Below, one piece after another: positions 11,542 through 22,381 of a stretch of 64,000 nt of DNA. Under the pieces are notes generated by a model, which had not been told where the DNA came from, did no database searches, and saw only the letters and a list, made by a program, of their open reading frames with translations. Numbering within the stretch: position 1 is the stretch's first letter; each line of letters begins with the position of its first letter. The DNA is from Paraspadella gotoi (Eukaryota > Animalia > Chaetognatha): the NCBI GenBank assembly GCA_051294375.1, contig CM119270.1, forward strand, positions 18,485,382-18,549,381, given 5' to 3'. The translations under genes were made by a program, and so were the position numbers.

Positions 11542-14500
11542 CTTGAAGACGGTGACTGTGGCTGTGATTGGCTCGTGAATCTCGTTCCCGCTTTTACAGG
11601 GAATTCCGTGTTTGTCGACTTCGAAGACTTTGAGAACCGTTCGGTCGGAAATGTCCCTCAGATTCTCCAGTTCGTAGAAAAGATCCTTGATGGGGTCCCT
11701 GAATAAAAATGGAGCACTGTGTGAGCACAGTGAGCAGTTACCCTCTCAGACTTCCCTTTTTTTTTATCACCTCGTTAAAATTCCCGAGGTAACATCGCTT
11801 TAATGATTTCAAGAAAAACTCGCGTTTTAACGGTTTAATTTCGAGTTTAATGTGTTAAATGATTTTTTTTTTTAAATTATACTTAGAGAATTTTCTAGAA
11901 GTTTCCGCTAATTATCGTAAACTTCGCAGCCCCGAGCGAACTGATTGTTCGATGTGAAAAGTCGGAAGCGATTGTTCGATGTGAATCGTTCTACGTTCAC
12001 CGTGATTAATGGATTCACTCGCCCCCTTCCCTCACTAAACTTCCTCGCGCGTACCTGATGTAAACTTTGACGTTGGGCTGCTCCATGTACATCATGCTGA
12101 GTTTTCCGTTGAAGGCGCGAACGAAGAGGGCGCGCACGGTGTCCAGGGTCGTCACTTCGTTCGGAAGAGTCGCCCTCTTGCATTCTGATGATGGGGGGGG
12201 CAGTGGGGGGGAGCGGGGAGAGTACTACAACATTTCGCAATCGTATTTCGAAGTCGAGGCGCTGAAATGAGAAAAGGAGGAATTGTGACAGAAGGCGTCA
12301 CTGAGGGTCAACAAGCGTCACAGGCAATCCGGCTGTTCCCATAGTATCTTAAAAATCAAGAGAAATGCAATTGTGCCATCGCAGACAGAGAAGTCTGATT
12401 GATAAGCGAATTTATAAAGTTGAAAACGCAACTCGGAAAAATGTATTTTGCGGATGTGAGAGAGAAAAAAAAAACCTAATGCGAAGTTTTGTGACTTTTG
12501 ACTATGAATCAGATGAAGTGAGAAGAATCGACAGAATTGTAAAGAAAAGAGAAAAGAGAAAGAAAAGAGAAAAGAGAAAAGAGAAAGAAAAGAGAAAAGC
12601 CTGGGGTCAGCGAATTTGACCTCTTCATTTCGAGGAAACAAAAAAGAATGAGGGAATGTGAGAAAAGGGAGACGCGGCAGAAGTTAGAATATATATACAT
12701 ATATATACATTCTTTGAAACATTCTTTGAAATATTATATACCATTTTATTGATAAGGAAGTCAGATACACTGGGAGTGAATAGATTCGACTGGGCGAGAG
12801 TCTTGATAGAAAGCTTGCAAGATCCTGCTATGTTATTTTCTTGTATCTTGGCTGTCCTAAATCAAGGTTATTTTTATATTTGTTGTTTCAATTTAACATA
12901 TGCAATACATAAATGTCTAGTCACATCTGAGTTACGAATCATTAAAGAGAAAATGCAGGGAGAGAATAGGAAAAATCGTCATTAGTTCGAATAAAAATAA
13001 AAACTAAGGATAAAAAAAAAAATGAAACAACTTTTTTTTTTTCAATCTTCTTCCTCAAACGATGGATTTTGGCCAAAAAGAAAACGAGTCAGGAAAACAT
13101 CTATGAACTTTCTTTTCTTTTCTTTCGCTGAAAGTGAAGTCAGAGTCGTTTTAATTCACTTTCCGACTTTCCTCACCTTTCCATTTCCACGCCCACCCCT
13201 CTTCTTTTCCGTTAATGGTTTACCCGTACTGCGTTATTGCGCGTTTAAACGCCGCGACGAACTTAATCATTTTTACGTGAGAGAAACAAACATTTCGAAA
13301 GGCGACGCCAAAGTCGAAGGAACTTTTCTTTAAAATTTTTTTTTCGCATCTTTTTCTCTGTTCGCATTTGGAAAAGGTCGCGAAAAGAAAAAAAAAAATG
13401 GGAGAGAAAAGGGGAATAACTTTTGCGACAAAAAAGGGGGCAAAACTGAAAGAAAAAAAAACCATGGGGCTTTATTTACCCAAAGCGCCCCCTTGTCATC
13501 TTAAATTTGAATTGAAGTTAATTATTATATTTAAAAATAGGTTAAAGGTAGGGGTTAGTGATTAGTTTAGTGATTAGGTTATTAGGGTTAGTGATTAGTT
13601 TCGTGATTAGGGTTAAGAATTTGAGTTAGGGTTTTGGAAATGAGGTCAAATAATTAAGTATTAGGGTTTAATATTATATGGTTAACGATAAAAGTCAAAT
13701 TCAGGGATAAAGGTACAGAAATGGGGCTCGTTGGGAAAAGAGAGCCAAAAATTGGAAAGAAAAAAAATTCCGAAAAGAAAGAATTGGAAGGCGAATAACG
13801 AGTTGAGTAAAAGACGAAATGGTTTTTTCCGCGCATTTTTGTGGCGACGAAAAAGAAATAAAAAATAAGAAGAAAAAAAACGAGATTGAAAAAAAAAAAA
13901 AGAAAATTATTTTTCTTCTTTCTATTTCTTCCCGGTTTTTTTCCACCAAAAGAATTTTATACAGAAATTTTTATCAGAATTCAATTTTTCTTTTGTCAAA
14001 AGCCGCGGTAATCAAGAGAGAGAATTCAGTTTCATAAAAAGAATTTAAATTAATTCGATATTTTTCATCCTCATATTACGGAACGACGCTGTAAATAAGA
14101 AAAAAACAAAAAACAAAAACAAATACAAAAATAAATCGACGTTGATTTTTCCATCGTTTGAAATGGGAAGGAGAGAACCGAGGGGGAGTTTTGTTGATCG
14201 TTACGACGACGACGACGACGTCTCAAGCGCTCGTCGTCGTCTCTCTCTTCGCCCAACCTCACTTACCTGAGACGTGAGACGGTCGTCATCACAAACTCAC
14301 CCGCTCACCGCCGTTTAGCACTTTTGTTTTTTATTGTTTTGAAAGAAAAACCTGCTGCTCCCCATCGAGAGGCTTTAGACTTCGTAGTGCCTTTTGTTTG
14401 AATGTTGGATGTTGATGGACCAGCGACAGACCGACCACCTCAATTTCCCGTCGCTTACCTTCATACTACCTTACCTTGCTAAAATTCTTTATAGACGTAC

Positions 14501-14964
14501 TTAATTTAGTTCAGTTCGCCCACCAAAAAAAGTAAACGATTGAGAACTATGCTTTGTAATTTTAAAAACCGAAAAAAATGTTTCTGACGTCTTTCAAGCA
14601 ATATATACATAAAAATGCTGTATAAAGCAGCAGAGAAAAGCCAAACGTAAAAAAAAAACCAACTTTCTCTTCTCCCCTGTGCCAAGCATGAGGAAAACAA
14701 GGCTATCTTTCATACCTGTGCCAAGCATAAAAAAAAAACCAAGCTATCTCTGTCTCACCTGTGCCAAGCATGAGGAAAACCAGGCCGATGGGCTTCTCGT
14801 ACGACTTGGAGGGTGACCGTACGACGGGGAGCGACGCCCGAAATCCACTGCTCCTCTTGAGCGGAGAACCGCAGTCCGCGTCGTCCGTCTCAGCCCTTCG
14901 GCCGCCGCTCCTGTCCTTCGCTCCTTTACTCTTTCTCGTCGCTCGCTCCTCCGTGTTGGAGCGA
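11542..14964 (-). CDS. SRCIN1/KIAA1217 (sickle tail/p140Cap)-like protein, AIP3-domain exons 14759-14964, 12055-12184, 11542-11698
   Basis: Three AG/GT-bounded exons with matching phases splice to ...RASLPVVRSPSKSYEKPIGLVFLMLGTECKRATLPNEVTTLDTVRALFVRAFNGKLSMMYMEQPNVKVYIRDPIKDLFYELENLRDISDRTVLKVFE. This is recognisably the conserved AIP3/Bud6-type domain of the SRCIN1/KIAA1217 family (recalled human-type RASLPVVRS...LGVLYLQYGDETK...MPNEITSADTIRALFVSAFP). Confidence 0.88.
13468..13746 (+). mobile_element. MITE-like element with degenerate (GGTTAG/TTAGGG) core
   Basis: Imperfect TIRs GGCTTTATTTACCCAAAGCGCCCC and GGGGCTCGTTGGGAAAAGAGAGCC around degenerate telomere-like repeats; homologous copies occur elsewhere in the window. 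Confidence 0.7.
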
Positions 14965-15105
14965 CTGGGGAGGGGGGGAAAATGGGAAAAAGTGGAAAGG
15001 GGAGAAATATTTATGATGATTGAGTGGGTGTGAGAGACCTGGGAAAAGACAGGAAATCGGATTGGAAAGAGATGAGGAAGAGATGAGAGAGATGAGAGGA
15101 GAGAA

Positions 15106-15136
<31 letters not shown>

Positions 15137-15284
15137 CAAGAGAGACAGAGAAGACGAGAGAGAGAGGCAACAGAGAGAGAGAGGAACTTTGGATGTTTGA
15201 AAACAGGGAAGGGGAGATCGCATTGGTGGAAAACCTGACCTAAATTCTTTTCTCTGACTGTCTCTTGTCCGGTTCTAGAGTCTA

Positions 15285-15332
<48 letters not shown>

Positions 15333-15694
15333 CTTCTCTCCTCTCTCTCTCTCTTTAATACATGGCGAGTTTAACTGGCGTTGGCGGTAATCAAAAAGCG
15401 GATGACCCGCCATCCGCGGTTCGCCAACGACGGTAGAGAGAAAGGAGAGGAGAAGACAGAGAGAGGAAAGGGATCGGCGGCGGCGGCGGCCGGCGTCGGC
15501 GGTGCGGCGCAGCGGCGCAGGAGACTGATCTCTCGCATCCGGCTTCCAGTAAAACAAAAGAGGTCGCTTAGGCGCGCCGCCGATCGGGCACGAGCACGCA
15601 ACGCATCCCGGACAACGTGCAATCTCTCTGTCTCTCTCTCTCTCTCTGTCTCTCTCGCACGAGAGAAATGGGCGACGGAGTCGACGCAACGGAA

Positions 15695-15743
<49 letters not shown>

Positions 15744-16020
15744 CGTCGGGCGAAGAAGCTGAGGACGAATTCATCGATTACAAACTGCGGAGCCTTACAT
15801 CATTACAGCATTTCCAAGCTTACCTCTTTTCCAAGCATTTTCACTCGACAAGCAATCAAAATGACAAAATCAAAGAGTAACAACCTCGACGGAGCTGTGG
15901 GGGGCACAGTGATCCAAAAAAAAATTAAAACCGGATAAAAGCCACCGGAACATACGGGCATAAATGCATATTCAGTCTTTCCATAATAATGGTACNNNNN
16001 NNNNNNNNNNNNNNNNNNNN

Positions 16021-16465
16021 GAGGAGACGGTTAGAGGAATAGAAATCGACAGGATCCTACGGTTCGGATGTTAGTCCATTATTAAGCTACGGGACAGGTA
16101 GAGAAGAGGAGGCGGAGAGGAAGTATGCACATTTGGGACGATGAGAAGAGAAAGAAAAATCTCATTATTTACAACGGATGGTCGCCCGGGCCAACTTTAT
16201 GGTATTGGTGTTGCATATTAAGTGGAAGATGATGAAAAGATCGTCTAGCGGAATTTGCTGGATGGAATTGGTTGGCCTGGGGTGCGTTTCCCCAGAACCG
16301 GGATGTGGTGGGTCGCGACTGGAGTCTGCATTCGGACGTCGTGGAGAGGGACTGACGAGAAGAAACGTGAGGCCGAAGAGTAGTGAGAGGGTCTGGAGGA
16401 AGGATGCTTATGGATGGTCCGACCTGGACTGTCTATCATGAGTGGGAGGCTCTTGATGATGACCC
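16021..16465 (+). mobile_element. possible degraded RTE-type LINE 3' end
   Basis: Frameshifted remnants resembling WYGH...EDDEKIV...SDVVERD...VWRK, ending in a short gatgatgac tail. Weak and recognised by eye only. Confidence 0.3.
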
Positions 16466-18709
16466 AGGAAAATGAAAACTTGCCTGTATATCAAAATGAG
16501 GAAGGGGACGAGGGGAATATTTTTACGACGAAGTTGGTAATATTATATTATATTTTAACATTAAAATGTGTTAGGGTTAATGTTAACGTTTATTTATTTT
16601 CAGAACTGGTGACGTTTTTGAAAATCATTAGCAAATCAAAGGATATATATGAGGATTCGAGCAAACGAAGACAATCTATTATTAGGGAACCATTATCTTC
16701 TAAATGTTTGTTTTATATATTCAGTCGAATTTCTTTCATATAGATTTTATTTTAAAATAGGTAAATTGACAGCGTGCTATTGGTTGCCAGAATGAATAGT
16801 TGAATTTTTGATTGACGTTAGGTTTTGTGCAAGTTAGGCGATAGGATATCCTAATTTTTTATTTCTTAAATATATTAAATAGATAAAACGTATATTTTAA
16901 AACCGGGGCATATGTTCAAGTTCATATACCAAAAAAGTTGGAAGACTTTATCACGGCAATGACCATAATTGTAAATGGTAGTCATATTTTTCGTCACTGA
17001 AATTTAAAGACCAAAACAAATGTTGGCAAAATTAAGAAGGAAACTATCTGCTGTGGTCCGTGCAATGATTTTTGTTTACATTTCTTGTCTTCTGAAAAGA
17101 ATTTTTAAAACTACTTTTTAACATTTCATGGAGGATGTCTCTGAAACAAAAGACACCGTTCAAAGTTTGAAAATGCCATTTGGAACGAGATCGACATCGA
17201 AGCTTGATGAATAAAACCCCGGAAAACCAACCGTGAAAGAAAACAAGGCGTTCTATTCCGTAAAAATAAGAAACATTTTGACAATGCGAATTAGGACTTG
17301 GGCTATCTGTGGACAAGAAAACATCGTTTTGTTTCTTGATTTTTAAAGATGATCATCGCGACTCTATTCTGTTAAAAAAAGTATTGTAATCTTTAAGTGT
17401 CAATGTAGGAAATAACTATGAAATTATTAAGGACTGTATTTGTTGGACTTAAAAATGGAGGAAAATCAAACTCATTAAAAGCGAGTTAAACGACTCCGAT
17501 GACCGTTGAAAACTTCGATTAACGATTGATTTGTAGAATAACAAACTTCTCGTCTCTCATCATTTAGAAAACTTAAAACAAGCATTTGTGCACGCGGGGT
17601 TGTATATTTGGAGCATGACCAAGGACGATGGAAGGATGAGCGTGTTCGATGAGAATCTAACTGTCTAGTGAAGAAAATACACATGGTTTCTTATACTCGA
17701 TGTTCGCCTGTTGTTTCACTGATTCCGACGATTGAAGAGACCGGAACCTTTACCTTTCTGTTCTTATTTCGCTGAAGGATAGACGTGGAAGATGGAATCC
17801 CGATATGAGTATCGAGATGAGAAGCTTCAGCCTGCTTCTCGATTCAAGAACTTACTATGGTCTCTGAAGCTGTGGATTGAATTTTCTTTGGTTTAAAAGT
17901 GAGATGAAAATCTCGGATATGTATCCTTACAAATGTGTTAAATTGCGATATTTGAAATTGTACTATTATGTAGCAGTGATAAATAGTTTTCAACGGTCTT
18001 ATCAGATGATTTCTTTTTAATTCGATTTCGACGAAGCTTCCTTGCCTTCCGCTTCGTCGAATTCGAATAAAACTACTTGATTTCCTATTGGGGGTTGCTT
18101 GAAATCCATTTCGATTTCTTATATCTGATATTGTTACGTTAATTTTAAACCAATGTCATTTTGTGATTTAAATATAGGTTATTATATACAAATGTATATA
18201 GTTGCCTCGTTTTCTATCGTTAATTTTTTTTAATTCAGAGAATTCGATGAAGACTTCCGCTTGCGCTTCGCATTTCTCGAATTCGTAGGATAACTACTTG
18301 ATTTCAATTGGGGTGGCGGTTTGCTGAGATCCATTTTATTTTCAAATCTGCCTCATTGTTACGTCTATATTCATACATTTTCCATCCGTCTTCATCTTTC
18401 GATGTGGAGCTCGTTTAATAGTTTATTATTTTTAAAAGTGTGATCGTTGGTTATTTCTTTTAGTCAAGATAGTTTTTTAATTTATTCGTCTGATAATATA
18501 CCAAATGTCAAATTTTACTTGAGGTCTAAATGTGGTTGTTATACAAATATTCATTTTGTAAAAAAATTTAGTTGTTTCCCCAGAAAATAATGATGTCATT
18601 CGATCTATCATATTTAAAAAATATCTTAAAAAAAAACACGGGGATCGGGGATTTTTTTTTTACTTATGTCATCTGATATTTCAATCAAATCTGTAGTGAC
18701 GTTCTGTTG

Positions 18710-19065
18710 TAACCGGAAGTGACCAAGATCCTGAAGTAATTAAAAACCCAAAAGTCTGGATCGGAACAGGATGTAGCAATCTAAAATAAGCAATGATGAC
18801 GTCAATTATATTAGAATGTGGATTGACGTCTCGTATTTGGAATGCTGATGGACGTCATCGGTCTAAACCGAAAGTTTGACCGGAACCAGGCAAAAGTGGA
18901 CCGGAACGGAAGTGACGGAAACCGGAAGTGGCCGGGAACCGGAAGTGACCAATCTATAAATAGGATTGATGACGTCATCTGATTGGAATGTTGATGGACT
19001 TCATCATATTATCTATAAATAGATTGATGACGCATTCAGATTGGAATGTTGATGACGTTCATCAC
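18710..19065. promoter_or_regulatory. cluster of ETS (CCGGAAGTG), CRE/ATF (TGACGTCA), CCAAT and TATA motifs
   Basis: CCGGAAGTG at 18713, 18922 and 18939; CGGAAGTG at 18907; TGACGTCA at 18797 and 18970 plus near-matches; TATAAATA at 18955 and 19014 within a ~59 bp tandem duplication. Confidence 0.5.
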
Positions 19066-19786
19066 TCTTGACGGAGTGTGGCTCCCAAGTTACCTTATTC
19101 CTATCTCTTATTCACCTATGTATGATATGAAAACATTAAGTAAAAACTCATAGAATTTCTAGCTCCGATTTCAATCAACCAGATCTTAGTTCTAATCGTA
19201 CATCTTCTCACTAATTCAGTAATCAATTAACATCTTCATCCGCATGATCTGTCGCCATCTTGAGAATAAAAATCCAAAAAGATGCTTTTCATTCCCAAAA
19301 ATAATAAAAAAGAAATTCGACATAGCTCTTCAGAACTTACTATATGAATTCTTTTCTTGACCGATTTTCCGATCTTAATCTTGCTTAACGCACTTTTAAA
19401 AAATATTTAAATTAATGATTTAACTTTAGCAAATTTATACACCGTATATGGTATAATTCATATTTAAACAGAAAAAAAAAATATTAAGTTGGGGTCAATT
19501 TCTTGTTTAATATCAAAATTAGTAAATCATAAGTTGTTCAACATTACCCATAAATGATTTCTTTAAGAACCAAATTTTGGCGGCTTAAGATGAATCTTTT
19601 TCTCATATTTTTCTAAAATCCTTACTATCTGAAACGTTTCTAACACGCTCAGAGGGCATCTATTGATAATCAGCATTACTGTGAGAAAAAAAAGTTGTTT
19701 TTGCTTAAAAAGATGAGGTTATCCGGAAAATTAGGCCATTTGGATCACTGTGGGGGAGTTTCGCGTGATATTCTATTGGAAAAAAA

Positions 19787-19839
<53 letters not shown>

Positions 19840-20504
19840 CCTCTTCATCTTAAAAACCAAAACAAATTGCCGTTGTTTAAAAAAAACTACTTCCCTTTTT
19901 TAATAATATCAGTTATATAACATTTTCTCTCTCAAAATTTTCTCAAAAAGAAAAGATAGTTCAAAGGCGAGGAAGATTCATTTTTCCCCATTTTTTTTAA
20001 GGAGGAAGTAATTTCTTTCATCTCGGCCGGGGACCCGAGGACGACCTGAGTTTTTCTTTCACTCGAAACTCGAGTTTCTTTTCAATTTTTCCTTCTCCTC
20101 TATTTTCTACCTTCCTATTCACTTTTTAAAGAAAACCTATTCATAATTATAACTTGAAAAACTTCGACTATATTCCATTTTTAAACTTTACTTAAAAACT
20201 TGACTTTTCGTCGGCTAATTGTTCTTTTCTTTTTTTTGTTTTGAACTTGTTCTTCTTATGGCCAATGAAGGACTCATTTGTAAAACAAACTTTCTCTTTG
20301 TTTCTTTTTCTATCTTTTACTATTCAACGATTTAAATCTTTTTTTTTTCGGAGGCGAAAATTCGACGTTTGCGTGTTTTTAAATTTTTTCCCCTTTTTTT
20401 TTCTCCTTTTTCTTTCTTCCACGGTAATTCCTCATTCTCTCCATTATTATTCTTTCTAGTCTTTATTCTTTCACATTTTCCGAATCATTAGGTTTTCCTC
20501 TCCT

Positions 20505-20509
<5 letters not shown>

Positions 20510-20598
<89 letters not shown>

Positions 20599-20608
20599 TC
20601 CTTTCTTT
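20510..20608. repeat. (TTTC)n microsatellite
   Basis: Direct inspection. Confidence 0.95.
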
Positions 20609-21476
20609 CCGGCCATTTTTGTAATGTTTTCTCATAAGAAATTCTCACACTTTGCTCCTTTCGCTGCTTCCATTTGGTAGACATTTCGCCGAAAGGACAA
20701 CAACAACAACAACAACAACATAGACGATCAAAAGCACCAGGTTTCCGCGCATATCGTCAAATGGGAAAAGGCAGAAAGTCACAGGCCTATTTCCTCCCAT
20801 TACTACGAGGGAATTCTATTAAACTTAAAATAAGCACCCGACTGTATTTCTGACGGCTTTCCTTTATAGGTAGAGATATAAAGAGAAAAATAAGTTTATG
20901 ACTATCTGTTTAACATATCAGACATGAAAAACAAAACAATAAAACAGAAAATGAAAGAGAAAAAAAAAGAGGCGCCGATCTCAGCTTTTCCTCTCACTGA
21001 CGATCTTCACGAATGACATTTCACGGTGAATAGTTTACATGTGAGAAACACAACACGGAATTGTAATATCGACGGCGTGAGCGATAACAACGACTCTTTA
21101 TGACAAATGCCAGAGATGTCGGCCGAGTCTGTCACGTGATATGTCAATCGCGAGAAATGAGAGAACTGGAAAATCCTAGGAGTCGGATGGTCATTTGTTT
21201 TCCGCGGACATTAAACGCCGACGCTTGGCGTCCAAGGGATGCTTTCGATACGTGATGACGCGACTCTATAAATCTTTCGAATCGTTCATAACCGCAGATG
21301 TATCAGGTGTTGAATGGTCGTTTTTATACTAATAAAAATCAGTAAAGTTATAAAATTTCATGGTTTAGTTGTGGGGAAAAGAAAAGATTACTTCGTCCTT
21401 CAACGATTCGTCGTAGAACAACGACGATAATTTGATGCCCCCGCCATCATTAGATGACCCTTTCTGTCTCTCTGGC

Positions 21477-21527
<51 letters not shown>

Positions 21528-21597
21528 GTCTCTCTGTCTCTCTCTCTGCGATTACAGCGATTGAAACCCCCCCCTCCCCCTTCTCTCCTCTCCTCAC

Positions 21598-22086
21598 CCT
21601 TCCTGCGGCATCTCGGCGGCGAAAGCGGCGGCGTCGTCCGACGTCAGCGTCGCGGCGGAGCAGGAAGTTGGAGCGCTCGGCGTCGTCGTCGATTCCGCGC
21701 GAAAGGAGTAAGAGCGGCGTCGCCGGGCGGCGTCGGCGTTTCGGCGCCGATTCGACGCCGGAACACGGACGCCCGGGTCGCTGTAGTAGACCGGCGTCGA
21801 GCCGTACCGAGCGGCGTCGTTGCGGTGGGCGTGGCTCGGATCGGCGTCGATTCCATCACAGGCGGAGTGGCGATGGAATCCCGTTATCCGATCGGGGGTG
21901 GAACGAGAAGGGTCGAGTGGGCGTGACGAAGACGAAGGCGCGAATCCCGATTCCGTGTGAGAGTAAGTGATGACGGGTGACGTGGCGTCAATAAAAGTGA
22001 CGCCGCAGGTGCGAACGACGCTGGGGAGTGTGGCGCCGCAGGTGCGAACGACGCCGGGGAGAATGGCGCTCTTGCGATCATCGCAT
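21598..22086 (-). CDS. probable upstream exon of the SRCIN1/KIAA1217-like gene
   Basis: ctctccccag| acceptor and |gtgagg donor; 489 nt open frame CDDRKSAILPGVVRTCG...AEMPQEG. Its phase-2 end fits exon 14759-14964. GC-rich, coding-like composition. Confidence 0.65.
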
Positions 22087-22381
22087 CTGGGGAGAGAGAG
22101 GGGAGAAAGCGGGGGGGGGGAGCTGGAAAGAGTGAGTCTCATCAACCACGAACAAAAATAATTCGTTTCGTTAAAAATTTTAAGGCGAATAATAATTTTG
22201 TAAAAATAATTTCATCATCTCAGANNNNNNNNNNNNNNNNNNNNNNNNNACCTAGAAACTCATTGAATTTAAAAAAATCTAACTAAATAAATTATTACAT
22301 GGAAACTCTTTCAGTTTCGACTCATCTAAGTTTTTAATTAAATCGCTTGATAAGTTAATAAGTCGCTATTTTCTCTTTTTT

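Larger units (their letters stand above)
15905..19752. mobile_element. Transib/Chapaev-like DNA transposon relic with RSS-heptamer termini
   Basis: The left end reads CACAGTGATCCAAA...CCGGATAA from 15905. The right end is the reverse complement of CACAGTGATCCAAA...CCGGATAA, ending at 19752 with identical spacing. Flanks are GGGGG| and |GGGGA. The element spans a 25-N gap and no transposase was recognised. Confidence 0.65.

Noticed and set aside
11715-11732. CACTGTG-TGAG-CACAGTG, resembling an RSS signal joint
   Set aside because: Explained by a short GAGCAC(A/T)GTG repeat in an acceptor region; no nonamers or TIR continuation.
14262-14290. Perfect minus-strand donor CAG|GTAAGT after ATGACGACC (alternative first exon)
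   Set aside because: Its phase 2 does not fit the next exon (12055-12184); no other support.
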